Shown here: piece by piece, positions 55,179 to 64,000 of the stretch
Layout of the letters: each line of letters starts with the position of its first letter
How positions within the stretch are numbered: the stretch's first letter is position 1
DNA from: Candidatus Moraniibacteriota bacterium
GTDB taxonomy: Bacteria > Patescibacteriota > Minisyncoccia > Moranbacterales > UBA11712
DNA length: 64,000 nucleotides
Assembly: GCA_030679895.1 (NCBI GenBank)
Contig: JAUXSN010000003.1
Location: forward strand, 5,517-69,516
Reading direction: 5' to 3'
Translations under genes and position numbers: made by a program
Notes under the pieces: generated by a model
The model's input: only the letters and a program-made list of their open reading frames with translations
What the model was told of the DNA's origin: nothing
Databases searched by the model: none

Positions 55179-56873
55179 ATGACAAGTTTGAGATTCAACC
55201 CTATAAATTGCCCAAGTTCGAGCCTCGGAACAGTTCAGCTTTTTAGAAAATCCTTATTAAGCTATACTGAAAATATGCCCAGCCTTTTTTTCTCGCCCAA
55301 GGGCGATAATTTTCAGCATCATAGCGAAAGCCGAACGCAAAATCGCGCGTCCGGAAAAAGAAGATTTTTCTTTTGGCTCGTTATCGCTTTTTTGATCTTT
55401 GGCATTGTTTTTTTGGCTTCAATCGCGTTTGCCTATAAATTCTATTCCACAAGCCAAAAAGTGATCGATAACGGGCAGAATACTTCATTTATTCAAAGCC
55501 TGAAAGACATTGCCTTTTCGGACCGCAAGGCTTTGCGCGGCGAGAAATACGGGAGGATCAATATTTTGCTCGTGGGACTCGCCGGGAAAAATTATCCCGG
55601 CGCGAACCTCACCGACTCGATCATTATCGCGAGTGTCGACCCGAAAACTTATCAGACTGCCCTGCTTTCGGTTCCTCGAGATCTTTATGTCCCGATCCCG
55701 GGCACAAATTCCTCGACGAAAATCAACGCGCTCTATGCCCGCTCCGAGGATGCGGACGCAAACGGAAAATCCGGCATTGAAAATCTGAAATATGCGCTTG
55801 CGGATATCACCGGCCAGCCCATTGACTACTACATCGCTCTCGACTTCGACGGCTTCGAGCAGATCATCAATGAACTCGGCGGCATCAAAGTCCAGGTTCC
55901 CAAGGATTTGCACGACGAACGCTATCCGGGGCCGAATTACAGTTACGAGACTTTCGATATCAAAAAAGGACTTCAAACTCTCGACGGCGAGACAGCCTTG
56001 AAGTTCGCCCGCACTCGGCATAACGAAGACGGCGATTTCGGCCGGGCCTATCGGCAGCAGCTCATTCTTGAATCCGCCCGCTCGAAAGCATTTTCCCTGG
56101 GAACAATTCTCAACATTCCCGAGCTCAACAATATGCTTGATACGCTTGGCGAGCATTTGCGCACGGACATTCCGCTCGATGAATTCAACTCATTCATCGA
56201 TCTCGTCAAAAAAATCGACACGCACACAACGACCAACAAAGTTCTCGATGCCGGAAAACCGGATAGCCTCACAGCGGTTTCTCATGTTATGCTGGGGAAT
56301 GTCCGGGCTTTCATACTCATACCCCGGACCGGAAATTATGACGAAATTCAGGATCTCGCCAAAAATATTTTCGATCTTGATCTCATAGCGCGCAAGAAAC
56401 AGGAAATTAAAAACGAAAATGCGACCGTTGCAATCGTGAACGAAAGCGGCGTGAACGGTTTTGACGGAAAATTGAAAAATCTGCTGGATAAATTTGACTA
56501 TCAGGCGGAAATTGCCGTTTGTAGAGACGCATCGAATGCGTCTGCATGCCAACAGAGATGGATTCAATCCGTCTCTACGGATACAACCGTTTATGACCTC
56601 ACCGGTGGCCTCAAACCATTTTCCCTTGAAGACCTTTCGAAAAAATTGGGCGCGAAGATCGAAAATGGAAGTTTAGCTTCCACCGTGGAAGCTAAACTTC
56701 CACCGTCCGCCAATAAACCCGATTTCATTCTCGTCGCCGGATCGGATATCACAGACAAACTGAACTACGAAGAAAATTCCGTGCAGGATCTCGAGAACGG
56801 ATACGACCATCAGCAAGTGGACGAAAAAACATATATTGATTTGCTGAAAAAAGGAAGTAGTCAGAGATTTTAG
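55179..56873 (+). CDS. LytR-CpsA-Psr (LCP) family cell-envelope phosphotransferase
   Basis: 564 aa; TM anchor; INILLVGLAGKNYPGANLTDSIIIASVD, LLSVPRDLYV LCP core; long C-terminal extension containing palindromic insert. Confidence 0.75.
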   Translation: MTSLRFNPINCPSSSLGTVQLFRKSLLSYTENMPSLFFSPKGDNFQHHSESRTQNRASGKRRFFFWLVIAFLIFGIVFLASIAFAYKFYSTSQKVIDNGQNTSFIQSLKDIAFSDRKALRGEKYGRINILLVGLAGKNYPGANLTDSIIIASVDPKTYQTALLSVPRDLYVPIPGTNSSTKINALYARSEDADANGKSGIENLKYALADITGQPIDYYIALDFDGFEQIINELGGIKVQVPKDLHDERYPGPNYSYETFDIKKGLQTLDGETALKFARTRHNEDGDFGRAYRQQLILESARSKAFSLGTILNIPELNNMLDTLGEHLRTDIPLDEFNSFIDLVKKIDTHTTTNKVLDAGKPDSLTAVSHVMLGNVRAFILIPRTGNYDEIQDLAKNIFDLDLIARKKQEIKNENATVAIVNESGVNGFDGKLKNLLDKFDYQAEIAVCRDASNASACQQRWIQSVSTDTTVYDLTGGLKPFSLEDLSKKLGAKIENGSLASTVEAKLPPSANKPDFILVAGSDITDKLNYEENSVQDLENGYDHQQVDEKTYIDLLKKGSSQRF

Positions 56874-56938
56874 ATTTATGTGATAAAATAACCGTAGTCC
56901 CGAAAAAAGGCCGCATATATGCGGCCACTACATAATTT

Positions 56939-57499
56939 ATGAAAACAATGTTAATCGCCGGGCTCGGCAATCCGGGAAAAGAATATGCGCGTACCCGCCA
57001 CAACGCCGGGTTTATGTTTGTGGATTATTTTTGGGAAGAAAATCGGGAAAATTTTTCCGAGTGGGAGTTCAGCAAAAAATTGAATTCAGAAATTTGTTTT
57101 GGAAAATTCGAAGGAAAAAAAATAATTCTCCTGAAGCCGCAAACTTTTATGAATCTCTCGGGCGAGGCGATCGCGGCGGCACTCAAATATTACAAAATCC
57201 CCTGTCGAGGTGAAACCTCGACAAACTTGATTGTCGCACATGACGAGATTGATTTGCCGCTTGGGACATTTCGCGTTTCCCAAAACGCTTCTTCCGCCGG
57301 CCACCAGGGCGTCCAGAATATAATCGACCTCTTGGGAACGAAAGATTTTACGCGGCTTCGGATTGGGGTTGATAGCAGAAAAGGCAAAAAGATCGCAACG
57401 GAAAAATATGTGCTGGGGAAATTTACAATTATTGAACTGCGCACTATTAAAGATGTTTTAAAAAAATCCACTGATGAACTAATTAAAGATCTTTCTTAA
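56939..57499 (+). CDS. pth: peptidyl-tRNA hydrolase
   Basis: 186 aa; MLIAGLGNPGKEYARTRHNAGF, LIVAHDEIDLPLG. Confidence 0.85.
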   Translation: MKTMLIAGLGNPGKEYARTRHNAGFMFVDYFWEENRENFSEWEFSKKLNSEICFGKFEGKKIILLKPQTFMNLSGEAIAAALKYYKIPCRGETSTNLIVAHDEIDLPLGTFRVSQNASSAGHQGVQNIIDLLGTKDFTRLRIGVDSRKGKKIATEKYVLGKFTIIELRTIKDVLKKSTDELIKDLS

Positions 57500-57524
57500 T
57501 TTTCAATTATCAATTTCTAATTTC

Positions 57525-57629
57525 CAAACAATTTTCAATGTCACAATGACAAAATTTTCAAACTTTATTTCATTGAAAATTGAAGAATTGGAGCATTAAT
57601 TGAAAATTGAAAATTAGAAATTGAAAATT
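57525..57629. repeat. family C palindromic element; near-identical inverted copy of 61595..61700
   Basis: caaacaattttcaatgtcacaatgacaaaattttcaaactttatttcattgaaaattgaagaattggagcattaattgaaaattgaaaattagaaattgaaaatt vs reverse complement of 61595-61700 (about 100/105 identical). Confidence 0.85.
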
Positions 57630-57917
57630 ATTTAGCGCATAGATTTAGAAAAAACAAAAAAGCCGTAAAAGGCTTTTCGCTTGAATTATCGCTAAAGTTA
57701 ACACAACATGTCCTCTGTCCCACCTAAAAGTGCTGGAATCGCCTACATTTGCAGGCTATCCAAACTTATCGACGATGTTTAAGGAGGGGTCACACCGCCA
57801 GACTTCCAGGCGGGACAAAAGACACGAAAAATGGCTATTTATTTGTTAATACGCTGGAAAACAGCGAATATTGCCTTATATTAAAGCCGATTATACATTA
57901 TAGCAGAATATAAAGAT

Positions 57918-59039
57918 TTGTCAATGTCCAATATGCGAGATAACGAACTGATCTATTGGAACGCTTTTGCCGGAGTCGGCGGATTTGGGCCGCAGAGTTT
58001 CAAAAAACTGCTGGCATTCTTTGGCGACCTGGAAACAGCCTGGAAAGCCGGACGGGAGGAATTGATCGGAACCGGCATCGGCGAAAAAAAAGTTGAAAAT
58101 TTGTTGTCCGAGCGCGGGAAAATTTCTCCCGAAAAATTTTTTGAAGATGTTTTGAAAGAACAGATTGAGATCATCACTATCAATAGCGCCGTTTATTCGC
58201 CCCGGCTCAAAGAAATTCCCTCCGCCCCGGCGGTTCTCTATGGCCGGGGAGATCTCAAAATCTTGAACAATAAATCGCTCGCCGTGGTTGGTTCGCGAAA
58301 ATTCACGTCATACGGCGAACGCTCGACCCAAAGCCTTTGCCGCGATCTGGTCCGGGCGGGACTCACCATCACGAGCGGTTTGGCTCTCGGCATTGACGCC
58401 ATCGCCCACCGAGCGACTTTGGAAGCCGGCGGGAAAACCATTGCAGTTCTGGGAACCGGCATCGATGACGCGACCATTTATCCCCGGGAGAATTTCAATT
58501 TGGCAAAAAATATTATTGAAAGCGGCGGGGCGCTCCTGACGGAATATCCTCCGAAAACCCCCTCTCTCAAGCAAAATTTTCCCGCCCGCAACCGGATTAT
58601 GGCCGGACTCTCTCTCGGAACGCTTGTTATCGAAGCCGCCGAGGGAAGCGGATCGCTCATCACCGCCGGATACGCCCTTGAATTCGACCGCGAAGTTTTG
58701 GCCGTCCCCGGAGATATTTTTTCTCCCCAGTCCACCGGCGCCAACGCGCTCATCAAAAACGGAGCCAAGCTCGTCCAGTCGGCCAACGACATTCTGGAAG
58801 AATTGAACGTAAAAACAAGCGGACGGCAAACGCTTCTTTTTGAAGAGCAAAAAAATTACGATCCGAAAACAAGCGAAGAAAAAATTCTCTGGAAAATTCT
58901 TTCCCACGAGCCCCTTCACATTGACAGGATCTCAAAAATGACTAAACTGGACGCAGCAGCCGTGAACGGAACGCTTTCCCTGATGGAAGTCGAAGGCGCG
59001 GTAAAAAACGTGGGAGGGCAGAACTATATCAAGTTATAA
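57918..59039 (+). CDS. dprA: DNA processing protein DprA (Smf)
   Basis: 373 aa; SLAVVGSRKFTSYG, GLALGIDAIAHRATLEAGGKTIAVLGTGID Rossmann-like core. Confidence 0.85.
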   Translation: MSMSNMRDNELIYWNAFAGVGGFGPQSFKKLLAFFGDLETAWKAGREELIGTGIGEKKVENLLSERGKISPEKFFEDVLKEQIEIITINSAVYSPRLKEIPSAPAVLYGRGDLKILNNKSLAVVGSRKFTSYGERSTQSLCRDLVRAGLTITSGLALGIDAIAHRATLEAGGKTIAVLGTGIDDATIYPRENFNLAKNIIESGGALLTEYPPKTPSLKQNFPARNRIMAGLSLGTLVIEAAEGSGSLITAGYALEFDREVLAVPGDIFSPQSTGANALIKNGAKLVQSANDILEELNVKTSGRQTLLFEEQKNYDPKTSEEKILWKILSHEPLHIDRISKMTKLDAAAVNGTLSLMEVEGAVKNVGGQNYIKL

Positions 59040-59040
59040 G

Positions 59041-59262
59041 CGCAAAACTCAAAGCTAAAAACGCAAAACCACAACTCAAAACTAAAAACTTTATTTTGTC
59101 ATCCCGCACTTGATGCGGGATCCAGAAAAAATACAACATTATCGCGCAGAAACTGGATCCCCGCTGGAGTTTATCCTCGTGAAAACGGGGACGGGGATGA
59201 CAGTATCGTGAGTTTTGAGCTTTACGCTGTGGTTTTGCACTTTGCACTTTGCGCTTTGAACT
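59041..59262. repeat. composite palindromic element: caaaac-type arm + family B core + gttttg-type arm
   Basis: caaaactcaaagctaaaaacgcaaaaccacaactcaaaac...tgtcatcccgcacttgatgcgggatccag...ctggatccccgctggagtttatcctcgtgaaaacggggacggggatgaca...gagttttgagctttacgctgtggttttgcactttgcactttgcgctttg. Confidence 0.85.
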
Positions 59263-59268
59263 AAATTT

Positions 59269-61596
59269 ATGAATCTAATAATAGTAGAGTCTCCCACCAA
59301 AGCCAAAACCATTTCCAAATTCTTAGGCCCTAAGTATAAGGTGCTGTCTTCCTATGGGCATATGCGCGATCTTCCGGAAAAGAAAATGGGCATTGATATT
59401 GAAAAAAATTTCGCTCCTCAATATGTCATCAATCCTAAATCCGAAGAAAAGGTTGAAATTCTCAAAAAAGAAGCCAAAAAATCCGAGAAAGTTATCCTCG
59501 CGACTGATGAAGACCGCGAGGGAGAAGCTATCGCCTGGCATCTTTCGGAAATTTTGAATCTCGATCCCCGAGAAAAAAGCCGGATTGTTTTTCACGAAAT
59601 TACCAAAAAAGCCATTGAAAAAGCTCTCGACAGCCCCCGGGAAATAAATTTCGATCTGGTTGACGCCCAGCAGGCCCGCCGGGTGCTGGATAGGCTGGTC
59701 GGCTTCGAGCTCTCCCCTTTTCTCTGGGAAAAAATCAGGCGCGGACTTTCAGCCGGACGCGTGCAGTCCATCGCCTTGCGTCTCATTGCTGAGCGCGAGC
59801 GGGAAATCGAGAAATTTAATAAGGAAGAATATTGGACAATCTCCGCTGACTTGGAAACTAAGTTTCCAAGTGGAAACTTAGTTTCCAAGTTTAACGCAAA
59901 TCTCACCGAACAAAACGAGAAAAAAATTGAAGAGGTCATCACTCTCAAGCTTTTCGCCGGAGACTACAAGACCAGAAAATCAATCATTGCCGATGAAAAA
60001 ACGGCCAAAGTTATAAAAGCGGAACTGGAAAAAGCGGCTTTTGGCGTCCGGGAAATCGTCAGAAAGGAAACGAAGCGCACTCCGCCGCCTCCCTTCACCA
60101 CCTCAACTCTCCAGCAAGCCGCCATCAATTCTTTGGGATATTCGGCGAAACTGACGATGATGCTGGCGCAGAAACTTTATGAACAGGGCTTCATCACCTA
60201 TATGCGAACGGACAGCATGAACTTGTCTCTCGAATCCATGCTGGCCGCCCGAAAAACCATTGAAAAAATTTTTGGAAAAGATTACGCGCTTCCCGATCCG
60301 CGATTCTTCAAGACCAAATCCAAAGGCGCCCAGGAGGCCCACGAAGCTATCCGGCCGACCGATACGGGCAAAACTCCGGACGAACTCGCCGGCTCCCTGG
60401 ATGAAAAACAGCTTCGCCTTTATCGGCTGATCTGGAGAAGGATGATGGCCTGCCAAATGCAACCGGCCGCGCTGAACTCGGTAAAGGTGACCATTGACGC
60501 AAAGGGCGGGGAAAATAATTATACATTCCAGGCCAACGGATCGACCGTGAAATTCGACGGATATTTGAAAGTATATGGGGATTCACCCCTCACCACTTCT
60601 CCAAATAAAAATGATGAAAATGATAATAATTCAAAATCCAACAAACCGAGTGAAGTGGTGAGGGGCAAGCTGCCGGTCAGCGAAAATATTTTGCCGCCGC
60701 TCGAGGAAAAAGAAGTTTTGGATCTGGCGGAAATCAACACCAGCCAGAAGTTCACCGCTCCCCCGCCCCGCTACAGCGAAGCGGCTCTGGTCAAAGTGAT
60801 GGAAGAAAACGGGATCGGACGCCCGTCGACATACGCGCCGACGATTTCGACCATCATTGACCGTAAATACGTTGACAAAAACGAGGAGAAAAAACTTTTT
60901 CCTCTCGAGATCGGCCTGTTGGTAAATGATTTGCTGGTGGAGCATTTTCCGAAAATCGTCGATTCGCAATTCACGGCCGGGATGGAAAAAGATCTGGACG
61001 AAATCGCCGAAGGAAACAAAAAATGGGTACCGGTGATAAAAGCATTCTACGAACCGTTCCACAAAAATTTGAAAAATAAATCCAAGGAAGTGAAGAAGGA
61101 AGACCTAATGGAAAAAATCGGCCGCCAATGTCCGGAGTGCGGCGGGGATCTCGTCATGAAATTCGGCCGCTTTGGAAAATTTATCGCCTGCATGAAATAT
61201 CCCGAGTGCAAATATACCGAAAAAACCGCGGAAGAGAAAAAGGAAGAAGCGGAAAACAGCGGACATATTTGCGAGAAATGCGGCGCTCCAATGGTAGTGA
61301 AAAGGGGCCGCTTCGGCGCTTTTCTTGGCTGTTCCAGATACCCGGAATGCAAGACTATCCAAAAAATTGAGAACAAAACGGGCGTAAAATGCCCGAAATG
61401 CAAAGTTGGCGATATTCTGGAGCGTAAATCAAAACGGGGAAGGATTTTTTACGGCTGCAGCAAATATCCCGCCTGCGATTTTTCTTTGTGGAACAAGCCC
61501 ACCGGCGAACTTTGCCCAAAGTGCCAAAATCCGATGGTATATCAAACGAAAGGAAAAGAAAAGTGTTCGAACAAAGAATGCGGATATGAAAAATAA
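59269..61596 (+). CDS. topA: DNA topoisomerase I
   Basis: 775 aa; Toprim MNLIIVESPTKAKTI..., type IA core, multiple C-terminal C4 zinc ribbons; contains tandem in-frame palindromic insert (LETKFPSGNLVSKF). Confidence 0.9.
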   Translation: MNLIIVESPTKAKTISKFLGPKYKVLSSYGHMRDLPEKKMGIDIEKNFAPQYVINPKSEEKVEILKKEAKKSEKVILATDEDREGEAIAWHLSEILNLDPREKSRIVFHEITKKAIEKALDSPREINFDLVDAQQARRVLDRLVGFELSPFLWEKIRRGLSAGRVQSIALRLIAEREREIEKFNKEEYWTISADLETKFPSGNLVSKFNANLTEQNEKKIEEVITLKLFAGDYKTRKSIIADEKTAKVIKAELEKAAFGVREIVRKETKRTPPPPFTTSTLQQAAINSLGYSAKLTMMLAQKLYEQGFITYMRTDSMNLSLESMLAARKTIEKIFGKDYALPDPRFFKTKSKGAQEAHEAIRPTDTGKTPDELAGSLDEKQLRLYRLIWRRMMACQMQPAALNSVKVTIDAKGGENNYTFQANGSTVKFDGYLKVYGDSPLTTSPNKNDENDNNSKSNKPSEVVRGKLPVSENILPPLEEKEVLDLAEINTSQKFTAPPPRYSEAALVKVMEENGIGRPSTYAPTISTIIDRKYVDKNEEKKLFPLEIGLLVNDLLVEHFPKIVDSQFTAGMEKDLDEIAEGNKKWVPVIKAFYEPFHKNLKNKSKEVKKEDLMEKIGRQCPECGGDLVMKFGRFGKFIACMKYPECKYTEKTAEEKKEEAENSGHICEKCGAPMVVKRGRFGAFLGCSRYPECKTIQKIENKTGVKCPKCKVGDILERKSKRGRIFYGCSKYPACDFSLWNKPTGELCPKCQNPMVYQTKGKEKCSNKECGYEK

Positions 61597-61700
61597 TTTT
61601 CAATTTCTAATTTTCAATTTTCAAAAAATGCTCCAATTCTTCAATTTTCAATGAAACAAAGTTTGAAAATTTTGTCATTGTGACATTGAAAATTGTTTGT
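61595..61700. repeat. family C palindromic element (inverted partner of 57525..57629) followed by (taaattg)x4
   Basis: aattttcaatttctaattttcaattttcaaaaaatgctccaattcttcaattttcaatgaaacaaagtttgaaaattttgtcattgtgacattgaaaattgtttg. Confidence 0.85.
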
Positions 61701-61731
61701 AAATTGTAAATTGTAAATTGTAAATTTCCGC

Positions 61732-63231
61732 ATGACTCTTCAAGAACTCCTCACCCATTATAAAAATCCTCTCGATCAAAAACAGCGGGCTCTGGTCACC
61801 GAGGCTTTTGAATTTGCCGAGCATGCGCACAAGGGACAGAAAAGAAAATCCGGAGAGGATTATTTCGAACACTCCGTTGCCACGACCGCGATCCTGGCCG
61901 AAATCGGAATGCGTTCCAAGACTACCGCCGCCGCGCTTTTGCACGACGTTCCCGAAGACACGGAAGTGACGCTGGAAGAAATTCAAAAAAAATTCGGACC
62001 GGAGATCACGAAACTCGTGGACGGGATCACGAAACTGGGAAAATTCAAGTTGCGCGGCGATAAAAAAGAGCTTCAGCTTGAAAACCTGCGCAAAATTTTC
62101 CTGGCCATGGCCGAGGACATCCGGGTGGTGCTGATCAAACTGGCCGACCGCTTGCATAATATGCGGACTCTCGATGCCCTCCCTCCCGAAAAACAAGAGC
62201 GAATTGCCAGGGAAACAATGGAAATTTATGCTCCCATCGCCAACCGGCTCGGCATCGGAGAGATCAAAGGAGAACTGGAGGACTTGTCGTTCAAATTTCT
62301 TGATCCGAAAAACTATGAATTTTCGAGAGATCTGATGGATAAGGTATTCAAGGAACGAAAAAAATATGTCGACCTGGCCATCAAAGAGCTTCGCGAAGAA
62401 CTGGTAAGCAGCAAAATAAAAGTCATTGACGTCCATGGGCGGGCCAAGCATATTTACCGCTTTTTTCTGAAGCTCAAAAAGTACGACATGAATATGCAGC
62501 AGGTCCATGACGTGATGGCCGTGCGGGTGATCGTGCCGGGCATTCCCGATTGCTACGAGGCCTTGGGAATCGTCCATAAAAAATACCGCCCGCTGGTCGG
62601 ACGAATCAAGGATTATATTTCCCTGCCCAAGCCCAACGGGTACCGGTCTCTCCATACCACCGTTTTCGGGCCTTCGGGAAAAATACTCGAAATCCAGATC
62701 CGCACTCCCCGTATGCACGACGAATCAGAGTTCGGTATCGCCGCCCATTGGATATATTCCTCGCCCCAAAGCTGGCGCGATTATATTTTCGGCCGGCGGG
62801 CTCCGGTTGATATTCCCGAAAAAGAATTGGAATGGGTCAAGCAGCTGCGCGAATGGCAAAAAGAATTCGGCCAGGACAGCCTGGAATATCTGCAGGGACT
62901 CCGGATTGATTTTTTTCAGAATCACATTTTCGCTTTCACTCCCAAAGGGGACATCATTGATCTTCCCGAAGAAGCCACGCCGATTGATTTTGCCTACGCG
63001 GTCCACAGCGAAATCGGAAGCCGGACCACCGGCGCGAAAGCGGACGGCAAGCTGGTGCCGCTCGATTATAAGATCAGAAACGGACAAGTGGTGGAAATTC
63101 TCACTTCGAAAGACCCCAAGACCCCCAATCAGGATTGGATCCGCATCGCCCGGACCTCATACGCCAAAACCCGCATCCGCCAGCAGCTGCGAAAAGCGGG
63201 GATTATGGTGGGGCTGGTGAGGAAAGAATGA
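61732..63231 (+). CDS. RelA/SpoT family (p)ppGpp synthetase/hydrolase (short form lacking TGS/ACT)
   Basis: 499 aa; HD domain HDVPEDT, synthetase motifs RAKHIYRFFLK...DVMAVRVIV, RSLHTTVFGPSGK. Confidence 0.8.
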   Translation: MTLQELLTHYKNPLDQKQRALVTEAFEFAEHAHKGQKRKSGEDYFEHSVATTAILAEIGMRSKTTAAALLHDVPEDTEVTLEEIQKKFGPEITKLVDGITKLGKFKLRGDKKELQLENLRKIFLAMAEDIRVVLIKLADRLHNMRTLDALPPEKQERIARETMEIYAPIANRLGIGEIKGELEDLSFKFLDPKNYEFSRDLMDKVFKERKKYVDLAIKELREELVSSKIKVIDVHGRAKHIYRFFLKLKKYDMNMQQVHDVMAVRVIVPGIPDCYEALGIVHKKYRPLVGRIKDYISLPKPNGYRSLHTTVFGPSGKILEIQIRTPRMHDESEFGIAAHWIYSSPQSWRDYIFGRRAPVDIPEKELEWVKQLREWQKEFGQDSLEYLQGLRIDFFQNHIFAFTPKGDIIDLPEEATPIDFAYAVHSEIGSRTTGAKADGKLVPLDYKIRNGQVVEILTSKDPKTPNQDWIRIARTSYAKTRIRQQLRKAGIMVGLVRKE

Positions 63232-63317
63232 TATCTTTTAATTTCGAATTTCCAATTTTCCTTTTTTAGCTCAAAACTCAAAGCTCAAAACGCAAAACCA
63301 CAGAGCAAAATTCAAAA

Positions 63318-63716
63318 TTATCTTTTGTTTTTTAATGTTAAGGCGCTTGCTCCGAGTATTCTTGATATTTCGTCCGCTTCTTTCAATAAGTCATCGGTTT
63401 CAGTTGGTTTGGCCTTGGTCGCGTCTCGCAACAATCCCAGCCAGTATTTGGTTTCATTGGCGGATTTGAGGGCTATTTCAAAAAACTTTATAAAATCTCT
63501 TTTTGAACTTCCGGCTTGGGCTTCAATGATATTTGCTCCAATTGATGTCGCGCTTCGCAGAAGCTGGTCGGAAATTATCCAGTATATTTTTTCGTTGGGT
63601 AATTTTTCCAGCAGCTTGATTATCTTTATTGAGAAATAGTAACATCTGTATTTCAGATCTGTTTTGCATTTTGAGTTTTGGTTTTGCGCTTTGAACTTTG
63701 CGCTTTGCGTTTTCAT
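63318..63716 (-). CDS. four-helix-bundle protein (TIGR02436-like); start codon uncertain
   Basis: ...IYWIISDQLLRSATSIGANIIEAQAG...ETKYWLGLLRD; first ~20 codons of the ORF are encoded by the gttttgc repeat arm, so the real start is probably downstream. Confidence 0.55.
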   Translation of the reverse strand: MKTQSAKFKAQNQNSKCKTDLKYRCYYFSIKIIKLLEKLPNEKIYWIISDQLLRSATSIGANIIEAQAGSSKRDFIKFFEIALKSANETKYWLGLLRDATKAKPTETDDLLKEADEISRILGASALTLKNKR

Positions 63717-63771
63717 ATTGAAAATTCAGTCATTTGAAATTGTTTGAAAATTAGAAATTGAAAATTGAAAA

Positions 63772-64000
63772 TTATAAAAACCGTCCAGCTATGTTTTCGA
63801 GCTCTTCTTCGGAATAATAGTCGACGATGATCTTTCCGCCTCCGCCTGATTTTTTGATCGTCACTTTCGTGCCGAGCGCTTGGGCGATTTGGCCTTCTTT
63901 TTCTTTGAGATACGGATCAGCATCAGCGCTGATTCGGCGTTGGTGGGTATTGACCGTCACTTCTCTCACTTTATCTTCGGCTTGGCGGACAGTGAGATTG
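63772..64000 (-). CDS. ParB-like partition protein, C-terminal end (partial, continues beyond window)
   Basis: ...ISADADPYLKEKEGQIAQALGTKVTIKKSGGGGKIIVDYYSEEELENI resembles ParB/Spo0J C-terminal dimerisation segment; frame open to window end. Confidence 0.45.
   Translation of the reverse strand, partial: NLTVRQAEDKVREVTVNTHQRRISADADPYLKEKEGQIAQALGTKVTIKKSGGGGKIIVDYYSEEELENIAGRFL

Noticed and set aside
55485-56156. 223-aa minus-strand ORF within the LCP gene
   Set aside because: Antisense shadow ORF.
60631-61403. Several 80-143-aa minus-strand ORFs within topA
   Set aside because: Antisense shadows of a highly conserved gene.
61675-62718. 347-aa minus-strand ORF opposite relA/spoT
   Set aside because: Antisense shadow. 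The plus-strand product has clear HD and synthetase motifs.

Overview
This is a low-GC, gene-dense, largely syntenic window with short intergenic spacers. The anaerobic ribonucleotide reductase genes and the overall gene set point to an anaerobic small-genome bacterium, probably CPR/Patescibacteria-like. This organism guess is inference only.

Left end, about 1-16.4 kb, all on the minus strand: one long operon-like array dominated by radical SAM (rSAM) enzymes.
- Ten rSAM genes carry twelve CxxxCxxC domains. They include two tandem fused double-rSAM paralogs (about 700 aa each), two HemN-like rSAMs, five roughly 300-aa rSAMs with a C-terminal Cys cluster, and one 500-aa rSAM/SPASM maturase.
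- A kinase-fold phosphotransferase sits among them.
- A small precursor-like peptide ends in a His-Gly-Ser repeat (SHGSHGSHGSHGSHGAHGSHGSHGSW), encoded by a 9-bp tandem DNA repeat.
- A Cys-rich membrane protein lies next to the peptide.
- The layout resembles the His-Xaa-Ser (HxsABCD) peptide-maturation systems, but is greatly expanded and apparently undescribed.

Middle of the window:
- Secreted paralogous Cys/Trp-repeat proteins.
- An ECF sigma factor module with a beta-propeller protein.
- tRNA-Pro(GGG).
- A GC-rich island with a small Gly-rich ORF or structured RNA.
- ROK glucokinase, M24 peptidase, thyA plus a DHFR-like gene plus adenylate kinase, CapA, and a split ComEC.
- A cluster of surface proteins, including a phage tail-fibre-like protein with an S74 chaperone domain.
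- ApbE.

Right end: conserved housekeeping genes nrdGDR, ftsZ/ftsA, dgkA, ybeY, rpsU, hisS, lepB, an LCP protein, pth, dprA, topA, relA/spoT and a partial parB.

Repeats:
- Three families of palindromic intergenic repeat elements are present: a GC-rich 'TGTCATCCCGC' cruciform with 'gttttgc' arms, 'gaaaatt' 7-mer-armed palindromes, and 'CCTAA..TTAGG' hairpins.
- A 21-bp palindrome (cttggaaactaagtttccaag) is inserted in-frame into at least three unrelated ORFs, reminiscent of Rickettsia palindromic elements.
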